Part shown: piece after piece, positions 26,668-38,067 of the stretch
Numbering within the stretch: the first letter of the stretch is position 1
Layout: every line of letters starts with the position of its first letter
Assembly (NCBI GenBank): GCA_951406725.2
Contig: OX597819.1
Coordinates: forward strand, 62,744,001 to 62,808,000
DNA: 64,000 nt
Direction: 5' to 3'
Source: Octopus vulgaris
Lineage: Eukaryota
Notes under the pieces: model-generated
What the model saw: the letters and a program-made list of their open reading frames with translations, nothing else
Databases searched by the model: none
Told to the model about the DNA's origin: nothing
Program-made: the position numbers and the translations under genes

Positions 26668-26925
26668 ATTCCTCCTCCTCTTCCTCCTTTTCCCCCTTCC
26701 CCTTCCTCTTCCTCTTTCACCTCCTCTTCCTCTTTCACCTCATCTCCCTCCTCCTCTTTCACCTCATCTTCCTCCTCATTTTCCACCTCCTCTTTCACCT
26801 CATCTTCCTCCTCCTATTTCACCTGATCTTCCTCCTCCTTTTCCTCCTCCTCTTCCTCCTCCCATCTTCCTCCTCCATCTCTTCCTCCTCCCCTCTTCCT
26901 CCCCCTCTTTCTTCTCCTCCTCCAT
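26668..26925 (+). repeat. Polypyrimidine ~21-bp minisatellite (CTCCTCTTTCACCTCATCTTC)
   Basis: Direct reading. Confidence 0.85.
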
Positions 26926-27440
26926 TACCTTATTTCAAGGAAAACCAGAGGTGGGGAACGGGTTCTGCCGGCCAGGCACCCCAGCTGCTATCTACAAGCT
27001 TGGAGGCTTGGACATGTCGTAACTAAACTATGCGCAAACGCGTGCTCCTCAGCATTTCATTAACATTAAATAGGTCGTCGTCGTCATCATCATCATCATC
27101 ATCATCATCATCAATTGAGGTCAAAATATGCAAGGGTCATGTTTGGTGTCTTTCCTCTTGGTATCGATGCCTTTAGTAACCTACGAATCAAGTATTAACA
27201 ACACTGTTTCCCCACAACATGATGGTGCTGGTAGTGGAGGCGGCGAAAGTGGTGGTGATGATGGTAGCGGTACTGGTGCTAGTGGTGAGCGGAAAGAGAC
27301 ACGTTTCGCATCTGTTAGAAACCATTATTAAAAGCCTAAAAGCCTGATACTTTTATGTGTTCATATCCCAATAAAGTTGACTTTGTTTTTCATCCATCAC
27401 AACTCAATAAATATAATTATCAGTCTTGAACTGGAGTCGA

Positions 27441-27556
27441 TCCGATCAACTATACGCCATCCTATAATTTTGTAGTCCTATGTATAAATATGAAGGAACA
27501 TAATCATAGATTCGCTTTAGAAGTGACATAAGCATAATAATGGCGAACATGTATTA
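27441..27556 (+). repeat. 116-bp direct repeat, copy 1 (copy 2 at 29302-29417)
   Basis: TCCGATCAACTATACG...ATGGCGAACATGTATTA with few substitutions. Confidence 0.85.
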
Positions 27557-27668
27557 TAAAGCGTCGTAAGTGGCTTTTCTCAGAGTCATTTTCATAGGTA
27601 CAAAGAGTACAATGAAATAATCGATGCTAGCTACAATGATTATATACTTATGATGACGACAACGACGA

Positions 27669-27716
<48 letters not shown>

Positions 27717-28372
27717 TGATGATGATGATGACGACGATGATGATGAGGAGGATGACGACGACGATGATGATGATGATAATGGTGATGTTGATGATGATGA
27801 GAAGGAGGAGGAGGAAAGGAAAATGGTGTGTAGTAGGATGAGAGAGAAGGAAACAGAGGAAGCGGGGGCGGGGTGACAACGGCAATGCTAAATCTATGAT
27901 GCAGATGATGATGATGATGAAAATGAGGAGAAGTAGCGGGAGGAGAAAGAAAAAGGAGGGAAGGCGGCGGAGCGGAGGAAAAAGATGGAACAAGAAGACG
28001 ATAAATAGTGGAAGGTGAGTAGGAGGAAGAGGACGTAAAAGAATGAGGAGGACGGGAAGGAGGGGGAGGAAGGAGGGGAGGCGTGAATAAGTGTAGGATG
28101 AGGGGGAGTTTGTCTGCAATTAACATGGTAAGTTAGATGATTCATCAGATTCTTAAGTGGATTTCTTTTTCTCTTGTGAATGCTGATTGAAATGTAGCCA
28201 ACTAGAGATGCATTTACCGAAAGATTAATGTCGAAGAAAAACAAATTCAAAAGGTGAAGTATAAATATAGGCATGTATATATATAATTACTTCCATTGCG
28301 TTTTTGTTCCAAAATTTATAGTTATATATACATTTAGCATCGTACGTACACTTTTGCTCACCTTAAAGTATG

Positions 28373-28424
<52 letters not shown>

Positions 28425-29096
28425 TGTGTGTGTGTATGTATATATATATATGCGTGTATGCATGTATATATGTATATGTGTGTCTATGCATGTTTTAATA
28501 TGAATGTATGCATAAATGTAAACCTGTTTTTCTTCATTGTTATTGATTAAATGTGTGGGAGGGTAAGATAGAATGCCTATAACACTTATATAATATACAT
28601 ATATGTCTGTCTGTCTGTATGCATGTGTGCCTGTATGTCTGTATGTATGCAAATATATATATATGTGTGTATGTGTGTGTGTGTGTGATGCTTGTACTTC
28701 CATCAACCTGTATCCATGCATAACTAGGTCGCAGGTATCACCGTGTACTAAAAATCCTGTAACCATGCAATGGCATGTTCGATCCCACTGCATAGCGTTT
28801 TGTGAATTTGTATTTTACCAAAAACAAAGGGTTGCTTATGCGTTGAGGGTGAATTTAGTTAAACAACATAACACAGCTTGCTGGACCGTACGATGATCTT
28901 TTGATGTTATTCAAACGGACAGCTTTACAATATCTGATGTACTGAGGGCGTGATGTAATGAGTGCGTGATAGGTGAACCGCGATATGGTGAGGGATTACT
29001 GAGTATGTATACATACATACCGGATTGAGCACATAAATGCGAAACAAGATGGAAAAGATAGTACTCGAATACCAGAGGTAGAGTAAAAAAAGCTTT

Positions 29097-29241
29097 ATTG
29101 AAAAGCAGCAAAAATATTACAAAAACTGTTACTCAGAGTTTCACGTTCCTGTTCGTCGGACAATTTTGTTTAGAATGTCTGACGAACGGGAACGTGAAAC
29201 TCTGAGTAACAGACTTTGTGATGTTTTAGCTGCTTTTCAAT
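29097..29241. ncRNA. Palindromic pair of hammerhead ribozyme-like motifs (family H2)
   Basis: Plus: TGT-CTGACGA-ACG-GGAA-CGT-GAAA-CTC-T-GAG-TA-ACA (29176-29211); minus copy 29122-29167 with helix I AAAATTGT/ACAGTTTT. Confidence 0.7.
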
Positions 29242-29301
29242 GCATACATACATACATACATACATACATACATACATACATACATACAATATAATAATCA
29301 G

Positions 29302-29417
29302 TCCGATCAACTATACGTCACCCTATAATTTTGTAGTCCTATATATAAATATGAAGAAACATAATCATAGATTCGCTTTAGAATTGACATAAACAAAATA
29401 ATGGCGAACATGTATTA
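29302..29417 (+). repeat. 116-bp direct repeat, copy 2
   Basis: See 27441-27556. Confidence 0.85.
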
Positions 29418-29847
29418 CACACACACACACACATACACATATATAATATAATATATGTATTTATATATGTGTATATACCACACCAAAATACGTCAAAACG
29501 GAAACGGATCCCATAAAATTCAAATGTTCAGAGAACAAATTTCTTCATAAAATCCCGGAGCAACCTCCTACACCGGGATATGTCTACAACAATAATAACT
29601 CTTTGCTAGAGTGGGCTATGGTGCCCCACTTATGACTAAAAGACTTCACTAGGTGGTGCTATTAACTTAGACATGGCCTGGTTCTATACTGGCCGCAAGT
29701 TATCAAAGTTATATGCATGTAAATATTTATATATTTATACACACACACACACACGGATATATATCTCTATATATATATATACATACACATATATATATAT
29801 ATATGAAAGAAGGTTTGAAAATGCAAAGGTCTTTTAGAGATGTTTAT

Positions 29848-29895
29848 TGACTTGACCGGTTTCACTTTTTTAGAAAAAAATATCATCAAATGTAA
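29848..29895 (-). ncRNA. Hammerhead-like motif (family H3)
   Basis: Minus: ACAT-TTGATGA-TATTTTTTT-CT-AAAAAAGT-GAAA-CCGG-TC-AAGT; same CCGG palindromic loop as the Penelope 3' HHR; next to (TA)n. Confidence 0.5.
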
Positions 29896-30281
29896 AATGT
29901 AAAGCTTTGTATAATCTTTGTTGTGTTAGAAAAATGGTTATCACAGAAATATTATAATGCAGTTATACAATCTTTGATAATGATAAGAAAATGTTGAAAA
30001 CAGTTTACATGAAAGTGTTCAAGAAAGGGAATGCAATAAGTATTTTGAGTTCAATAAAAATCATGTTTGTGCGGTAGTATATATATACAGAAGAAGATAT
30101 ATTTAGGAATTTACAAAAAATTGGAGAGGAATAACTGACCTGTATGTCTGACATTTTCTGTCTTTGTGTGTGTGTGTTTGTTTGTGTGTATGTGTGTATG
30201 TGTGTGCGTGTGGGTGTACACAATTTTAATTAATCAAACCGCTGAAGTAACTGAGTGACTGTGGACCAAATGTTTCGTACC

Positions 30282-30832
30282 TGGGTCCAGTGGTTAGAAT
30301 GTTGTGCTCACGATCGCAAGATCGTGGTTTCTGTTTCTGGATCGGGCTGTGCGTTGTGTTCTTGATCAAGACACTTCATTCTACTTCGGTACTCGACGTG
30401 TGATACATCATGAACCTGTTCAGGGAGAGTCGATTTGATGGAGAGAGTGAACTAATGTACAGAACATACATTTGATCATCACTGTGAAGGCACGTAGCTC
30501 TGTGCTTTGAGCGTCGAATCTACAGTCATGAAGTTGTGAGTTCGATTCACGGACCGATCTGTGTGATGTGTTATTGAGCAAGACACTTTATTTCACGTTG
30601 CTCCAGTTCACTCAGCTGTAGAAATGAGTTGCGACGTCACTGGTACCAAGCTGCACCGGTCCCTTTGCCTTTCCCACGGATAACATCAGTGGTGTGGAGA
30701 CGGGAGGCTGGTATGCATACGCGATTGTTGGTCTTCCATAAACAACCTTGCCCGGACCTGTGCTTCGGAGGGGAAATTTCTCGGTGCAATCCCATGGTTA
30801 TTCATGACCGAAGGGGGTCTTTACCCTTTTAC
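30282..30832 (+). mobile_element. Two SINE family D copies (30282-30385 partial; 30487-30832)
   Basis: tRNA-like head with GAGTTCGATTC, core TTGAGCAAGACACTT, CACTCAGCTGTAGAAATGAGT. Confidence 0.75.
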
Positions 30833-30965
30833 ATTTGATCACTGCAAACAAATTTGTATAAGTTTGTACAGCAAGTAACTGCTGAACTGTCTTTCTCGGA
30901 CTACGAGTGTCTACTAGTATAGAGGTTTACATATGCCCTCCGTCTTTCTTTTACAACGTATAATG

Positions 30966-31029
<64 letters not shown>

Positions 31030-31041
31030 TGATGATAAAAT

Positions 31042-31197
31042 GTCCTGATGCAGTACACGGCAGTGGCTTCTGATCTTAACTGATTGGAAGTGTTATCATG
31101 TACATTGTTTTGTCTTGGTATAAAAGATGGGCTACAGCAAATATTCTACTCAATACCACAGATTTGCTTGTCAGTTATTTGATCTTGACCAGTTGAG
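31042..31197 (+). mobile_element. Repeat X 5' fragment after (AAT)n
   Basis: Matches 22110-22275. Confidence 0.7.
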
Positions 31198-32055
31198 GCT
31201 TTTATATTGTTTCCGTCTACCCAGTTTTACTCAAAAGCTATGACTGTAAACAATGCCATTTGACCAAAATACCACGAAATGAGATCGAATCCAGCAACCC
31301 ATGGTTCAAAGTGAATTCCTCAATCATTCGGCCACTCACCGCCTACGCATGTTATATAATGATTTCCTTTCAAAAAATTCAATCAACTGAGATTATCCAA
31401 GTAATCAGTAATCACAATCTCCCTCTAAGGAATATTTAAAATCTGAAAAAAAAAAAAATAAGACAAATTAAATATTAAACGCCAATAAATACATTTGATT
31501 AAAATTTTTGGAAAGTTTAGAAATATTGGAGGAGGGAGTCTAATCTCTGAACCGATGTTTTATAATTGTTTTAGAATTTTGTTGCTGTTTTTGGACCTGC
31601 CGAATTAATTTTTCTGATTTTTATTCTAGTTTTGTTTTAGTTTTTGTTCCGTTGTTGTTGTTGTTTGGGAATTATTTTTATCGTATTATTTCGGATGGCG
31701 GTTCCTTGGCGTGAAAACTCAATGTAGAAGAAAGCAAAACTTAATTTCCCAAACTATTTTCTGATTAGTATCGGAGCGATAATTAAACTGCTAGCCAGCC
31801 GTGTAACACATTAGTTAGCATCATTCTGCGTGCTTTTCTTTTATCTGTGTTTTGATTTTAAATGTTTTTTTTTCTTTGTTAAATTTCAGTTTCGTTTTTT
31901 GTTTGTATATATTGTAACAGTGCACTTGTAATACTGTTAGTCTTACACTGCAATTGTTATTTTATGCTGTTTATTATGTTACTTAGGCGTTTTTCTTCTC
32001 TTTGGTGCTACGGCCGTTCATCACTTGCGTATGTTCATCTCATCCTACAACTCAG

Positions 32056-32405
32056 CTTCTTCTTCTTCTTCTTCTTCTTCTTCTTCTTCTTCTTCTTCTA
32101 CCCCATTCTTCTTCTTCTTCGTTTTCCCCTTTCTTCTTCTTCTTCTTCTTCTTCTTTTTCCCCTTTCTTCTTTTTCTTCTTCTTCTTTTTCTTCTTTCTT
32201 TTTTTTCTTCTTCTTCTTCTTCTTCTTCCCCTTTCTTCTTCCTCATCTTCTTCTTCCTAATCTTCTTCTTCTTCTTCTTCTTCTTCCTCATCTTCTTCTT
32301 CTTCTTCTTCTTCTTCTTCTTCTTCTTCTTCTTCCTCCTCATCTTCTTCTTCTTCTTCTTCTTCTTCTTCTTCTTCTTCTTCTTCTTCTTCTTCCACCTT
32401 CTTCT
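32056..32405 (+). repeat. Imperfect (CTT)n tract
   Basis: Direct reading. Confidence 0.95.
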
Positions 32406-32934
32406 AGCCAAATTATCTTTCATTTACATCCATGAAATAATATCAAATAAATCAACGCAACTGACTCACTAGAAGGAAAAAAATAATAATAAAGAAGCCA
32501 GCCGAACCCTCTCATTGGCTTCAACATCACAACGGCTCATTTCCATTTTTTAGGAAAATAGAGGAACGAAGATTTATCTAGCTACAAGAATGTATTCTCT
32601 TCTTTAGACTTCTAATGCTCTGTCTTAATTTCTTTTCAATCTTCCTCCCTCTTTACTCCTCCAGTCACTCCAACCCGGTTTTCTTCCTTCCTTCCTTCCT
32701 TCCTTTCTTTCTTTCTTTCTTTCTTTCTATTATCCTCCCCTTCAAACGTTGGCACACAACTGTCGATATGCATACTCACTCAGTTGTCCCACACATGTAT
32801 GTATGTACGTACGTATGTACATATGTATGTATGTTTGTATGTATGTATATATGTATGTATGTATGCATTTATGTATGTAGTATACCCACAGCTCCCGAGT
32901 TGAAATTAGTTAAAGAAGTTTATGTGTATGCGTG

Positions 32935-32980
<46 letters not shown>

Positions 32981-33084
32981 CATATATATATATTATTTAT
33001 ATATATGTACATATTTATATATATACATCTATACATGTATATATATATATATATGTATACATATACACACATATATATATACAT

Positions 33085-33124
<40 letters not shown>

Positions 33125-33513
33125 GAATATGAGAATTATCTAGAAAATGGATATTTGCACACAATCACTCATACACGATGGTAGTAATTCAACTATATAA
33201 CAATGTGCATGCATATATGGCGTTTCTGTGTATATGTATGCATATATATATATTAGTGTATTTGTATACACATACATTTATGTACATACATGCATACATA
33301 TTTACATACATACGCTCACACTTCGAAAATACACAAGGTATGCACACACACGCATATACATACCCCTCTGTACAAGTATCTATGGAAGTACGAATATATA
33401 TTATATATGTATATATACATATATGTGTGTGTGTGTGTATATATGTATGTATGTCTGTGATTCTATATATCTATATATCTATATCTGTATCTATATATCT
33501 ATCTATCTATCTA

Positions 33514-33550
<37 letters not shown>

Positions 33551-33595
33551 ATATATATATATACATATATATGCACATACACATATGTGTGTGGC

Positions 33596-33629
<34 letters not shown>

Positions 33630-34201
33630 GTGGAAGGGAGGGAGAGAGTGAGAGAGAAAGAGACATAACATCGCAATCAAACTCTCTTGCAGCTATTTAT
33701 CCACACACGAACATACATACATACAAATACATATACCTCCACATCCATATTTTTCGGTCAACTTCCGAGAGAATTTGCAAATTTTGCATTCATATCATAT
33801 ATCAAGACTTGCATTCGGTATAACTTTGTTTTGCGCTGGTTTTTAACCCAACGCTATTTTTGCAGTCCATTTCCTGCTAAAGTTAATCAAATATTGGAAC
33901 CAGCGTTATTCCATAAATGCCACATATAACAACCGAAAGAAATTCCTGCTGGAAATCTAGAAACGAGGTTCTAATGATTCAAAAATGACCCAAACCACGA
34001 AATAATTACATCTTTGTATGAGGAAATATGTATGCATTGTTGGTTTCGTGTTCATTGATTTTCGCTTGTTCTTTTTCTTTAGATTCTTGGTTATAAATCG
34101 TCAAATCGTACCTTGAGTTGTTGTTGTCGGTGATATTTTTTTGCGTTGCTTCTTTTATTGCTTCCTTTTCTAATTATTCTTTTGTATTATGTCCTTGTTA
34201 T

Positions 34202-34650
34202 AAGGCGGAGAGCTGGTCGAATCGTTAGCATGGCGAGCAAAACACAACAGTATTTCGTCCGTCTTTACGTAGCGAGTTAAAAAACCCGCCGACTTCGTCT
34301 TCCATCTTTTCGAGGTCGACAAAATAAGTAACCGTTGAGCACTGGGGGTCGATGTAATCAACTAGCCCCTCATCCCCTATCCCCCACCAATATTCATGAC
34401 TGGTGCCCACCAGAAAAAGGATTATTTCTTTGCTGTAAAGCGGCGAACTGCCAGAGTTATTAGCATGACGAGCAAAATGTTTAGCGGCCTCTCGTACGTT
34501 TGTACGTTCTGAGTTCAAATTCCACCGAAATAGACTTTGCCTTTCATCCTATTGTGGTCAATAGAATAAGTACCAGTCAAATATTGGGTCGACGTAATAG
34601 GGTTCCCCTTCTCCTCAAACACTATTGATCCTGAATCGAAATCTGGAAAC
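34202..34650 (+). mobile_element. Two adjacent SINE family A copies (34202-34400, 34437-34650)
   Basis: AAGGCGGAGAGCTGG..CGTTAGCA heads; GTTCTGAGTTCAAATTCC; GACTTTGCCTTTCATCC. Confidence 0.75.
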
Positions 34651-34793
34651 ATTATTTTGTCATTGGTGGTGGTGGTGCGTGTGTTTTTTTCTGATCTCCA
34701 TCTTCTTGATCATAAACTTCCACCTTCTTCCTCTCAACATTTACCTCTTCATTCGTTTTTGACTCATTGACGCACTCGTTATACTCCTGCTGC

Positions 34794-34836
<43 letters not shown>

Positions 34837-34924
34837 GTTGTTGTTCTTCTTCTTCTTCTTCTTCTTCTTCTTCTTCTTCTTCTTCTTCTTCTTCTTCTTC
34901 TTCTTCTTCTTCCAATCAGGACTC

Positions 34925-35387
34925 ACGCCATTAGCCACAAAGAATAATCTCCAATTCGAGCCTACTCTAAGCTAAAAAGAATGCGTGTCGCAACTTGAAG
35001 ATCCACCCACCACACGCGATAGATTGGCGGTTGCACGGGCGCGAAAGCTACGCTATCTTCATTCCGTAAACGGTGGCTTTTAACGGGTGGAGAGCTGAAC
35101 CATCCTGGGTACAGAGGATTCGCAATCAAGACTAGAGTTAGAAAGTTTACCACACCATAGTGGGTTACACTATGGTCCCTCTGCTTTGTGGCCGAAACAG
35201 GAAGAAAAGGTGAGAGAAAGTTGTGGTGAAATAGCACAGCGGGGTTCACCAGCCACCACCCGCCGGAGCCTCGTGGAGCTTAGGTGTTTTTGCTTAATAA
35301 ACACTCACAATGCGTGGTCTGGGAATCGAAATCACGTTCTTACGACCGCGAGTCCGCTAGCCTAAACACTAGGCCATTGCACCTCCA
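34925..35387 (-). mobile_element. tRNA-derived SINE (family E)
   Basis: Minus: GGAGGTGCAATGGCCTAGTGTTTAGG (A box)...GATTTCGATTCCCAG (B box); ends at a (GAA)n tract. Confidence 0.65.
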
Positions 35388-35560
35388 CTCTTGCTGTCAT
35401 TGATGATCATTGTGGCCGCTGTCAGCTCGATTCAGCAACTGTCCGTGTCTGTTCGCTGTCTGTCTGTCACCGTCTCCTCTCTGCCCCTCTCTCAATCCTC
35501 TGCCAAAGCTCTCTATCAAGTAGTCAAAGTGTGTCAAAGTTATATATTTATACATATATA

Positions 35561-35825
35561 TATAGTGGTCGTATACTGTCAACTCAATGTGACAGTCCCG
35601 GAAGGAATTACACCACCGCCATTTAGCCCTAGGAAACATCGACGTCTCCTGTCGGCTTTGACACATTTTCTGTGTCCTTATATTTGCACTCTCCTTTGCA
35701 AATATAAGGACACAGAAAATGTGTCAAAGCCAACAGGAGACGTCGATATTTCCTTGGGCTAAATGGCGGTGTGTAATTCCCTTACGGGACTGTCACATTG
35801 AGTTGACAGTATACGATCACTCTAT
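35561..35825. mobile_element. Palindromic MITE-like element (~125-bp arms, 8-nt loop)
   Basis: AGTGGTCGTATACTGTCAACTCAATGTGACAGTCCCG...TTTGCA-CTCTCCTT-TGCAAA...CGGGACTGTCACATTGAGTTGACAGTATACGATCACT. Confidence 0.8.
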
Positions 35826-36105
35826 CGCTTCACCACCGCTTATGTCTCTCTGAGACATTTAGAAATTCAATATTTCTAACATATATATATATATACATAA
35901 GTATATTGAGGATTAAGCCCAGAAAGAAGCGCATCAAAAGGTAAGCCTATCCCACGTGAAGTCGTGATTGGTAAAATTTTGTTGATCAGGTGGGTAATAT
36001 TCTAGAGAATCGTGACATTGAGTGATTGCAGACTATCTCGCTATGAAATAAAGAAACGCTTTACGCATTTTTCAAATTGCTAATGATGATGATGAAATTG
36101 AAGAC

Positions 36106-36189
<84 letters not shown>

Positions 36190-36939
36190 GATGATGACGA
36201 TGATGATAAAGTTGCAGTTCATGATGATAATAATAAAGTTGATGATGATGACAATGACGATTGGGGGCAATGATCAGAATTATAATAACCATAGTGGTGA
36301 TGATTATGCTGCTGGTAAAGATGAGGACGACGTCGACGATGATGGTGATGAGAACGGCGTCGACGATGATGGCGATGAGGACGATGACGACGACAACAAC
36401 TACACCATACCTCTGCTATTTGACTAACATTCTAACCCTCCTCCACATGCTAAGGCTAGTGCTACACCCCCTCCTTCTCCTCCTCCTCCTCCTCCTCCAA
36501 CTACTACTCCTACTACTGTTGCTGCTGCTTCTGCCACCTACCTTCTTGAGTTTTTTATACATTTACCCATCACGATATTCGTTTTCTTTATCTTGTTCTC
36601 CATCTTATTTTCCTCTTTTTTCTTGTTCTTCTTTTCATTGCACACTTGTTGTTGTTGTTGTTCTTCTTCTCCTCCTCCTCCTCCTCCTCCTCCTCCTCCT
36701 TCTTCTTCTTCTTCTTCTTTTTCTTCTCCTTCTTTTTCTTCTTTTTCTCGGTTATAATAGTAGTAGTAGTAGTAGTAGTAGTAATAGTAGTAGTAGTAAC
36801 AGTAATAATAGTAGTAGTAATAGTAGTAGTCGTTTATTGTTACTTTTGCCCTCAAGCTCAGCAGATACTTGTGTTACCGGAAACAATAAACCATTACTTT
36901 ATTTCCTATCTCAAAATTCTTGAGTATCAATCGAAGAGA

Positions 36940-36998
<59 letters not shown>

Positions 36999-37682
36999 AG
37001 AAGAGAGAGAGATGAAGAGAGAGAGAGAGGGAGAGAAAGGGAGGGACTGAGTGATACAGAGAAAGAAAGAGAGCGAGAGAGAGAGAAACTGATAGATAGA
37101 CAGAGAGAGAGAGAGAGAGAAGTGCTATAGAAGGACAGATTGATTAAAAACTAAACGACTGGGCACAATAAGAATGCGATAAAGTGATACAAATAAAGAG
37201 AAAGACAAAAGAGAGAGAGAGAGAGAGGGGGAGAGAGGGAGAGAGGAAGAGAGAGAAACGGCGAGAGAAAGAGAGAGAAGGAGGATAAGGAAGTAGAGGA
37301 TGTGAGAAAAATCCTGAGGTTATTTGTGATTCTAAGCAAAGCAAAATTTACTGCGAAAATCTCAAAATGTGAAACATGCATATTAATCTTTTCGCTTTGT
37401 CGTTCTTCTTTGGTTGTTCTTCTTCAGCTTTTCTGCGTTTCTATTTTCATTTTTTTTTTCTGAGTTTGCTTTACTGTTATTATTTATTATCATGTTCTTG
37501 GTTTTATTTTTTTTTTACTTCTCGTCCTCTTCGCTGTCGTTGTTGTTGTTGTTGTTGTTGTTCTTGTTGATATTGTTAACAGTTGTTCATTTTTGTTGAG
37601 AGAGAGAGAGAGACAAGCTTGTTGCAAATAATTGTTCAATATGTGTGTATTTGTATATACACTTTTATATGTATGTGTGTGT

Positions 37683-37719
<37 letters not shown>

Positions 37720-37893
37720 TAAGAAAGTTTGTTTGGTAAAGCACGTGGGTGAATATATAAGAAAATAGTAAAGTGTGAAAAAACGACAGAAGGCTTAAAT
37801 GTTAAAAGATATATATATTTGTGTCAAAATGTCTGGAGAATATTGGAAAAATTTTTTTCCTTTCCTTAAAATGACATAATTTTTAAATTTTTA

Positions 37894-37933
37894 AAGAAAT
37901 TACCGGTTTCGCGTGTAGCTTTTCAAATTTCTT
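37894..37933 (-). ncRNA. Minimal hammerhead-like motif in Penelope 3' UTR (left arm)
   Basis: Reverse complement of 43119-43158. Confidence 0.6.
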
Positions 37934-38067
37934 GTGACGTTATGTTTATATTGCATGGATTTATCGTTGTTTTTATTTCAGGAGATTTCTAAATAAGGGG
38001 AGGTAGTGAGTGATTTTTTCCGGTGTAGGGGAGATAATCGCTTAAAAATTTTTTTCCCATTTCCTTG

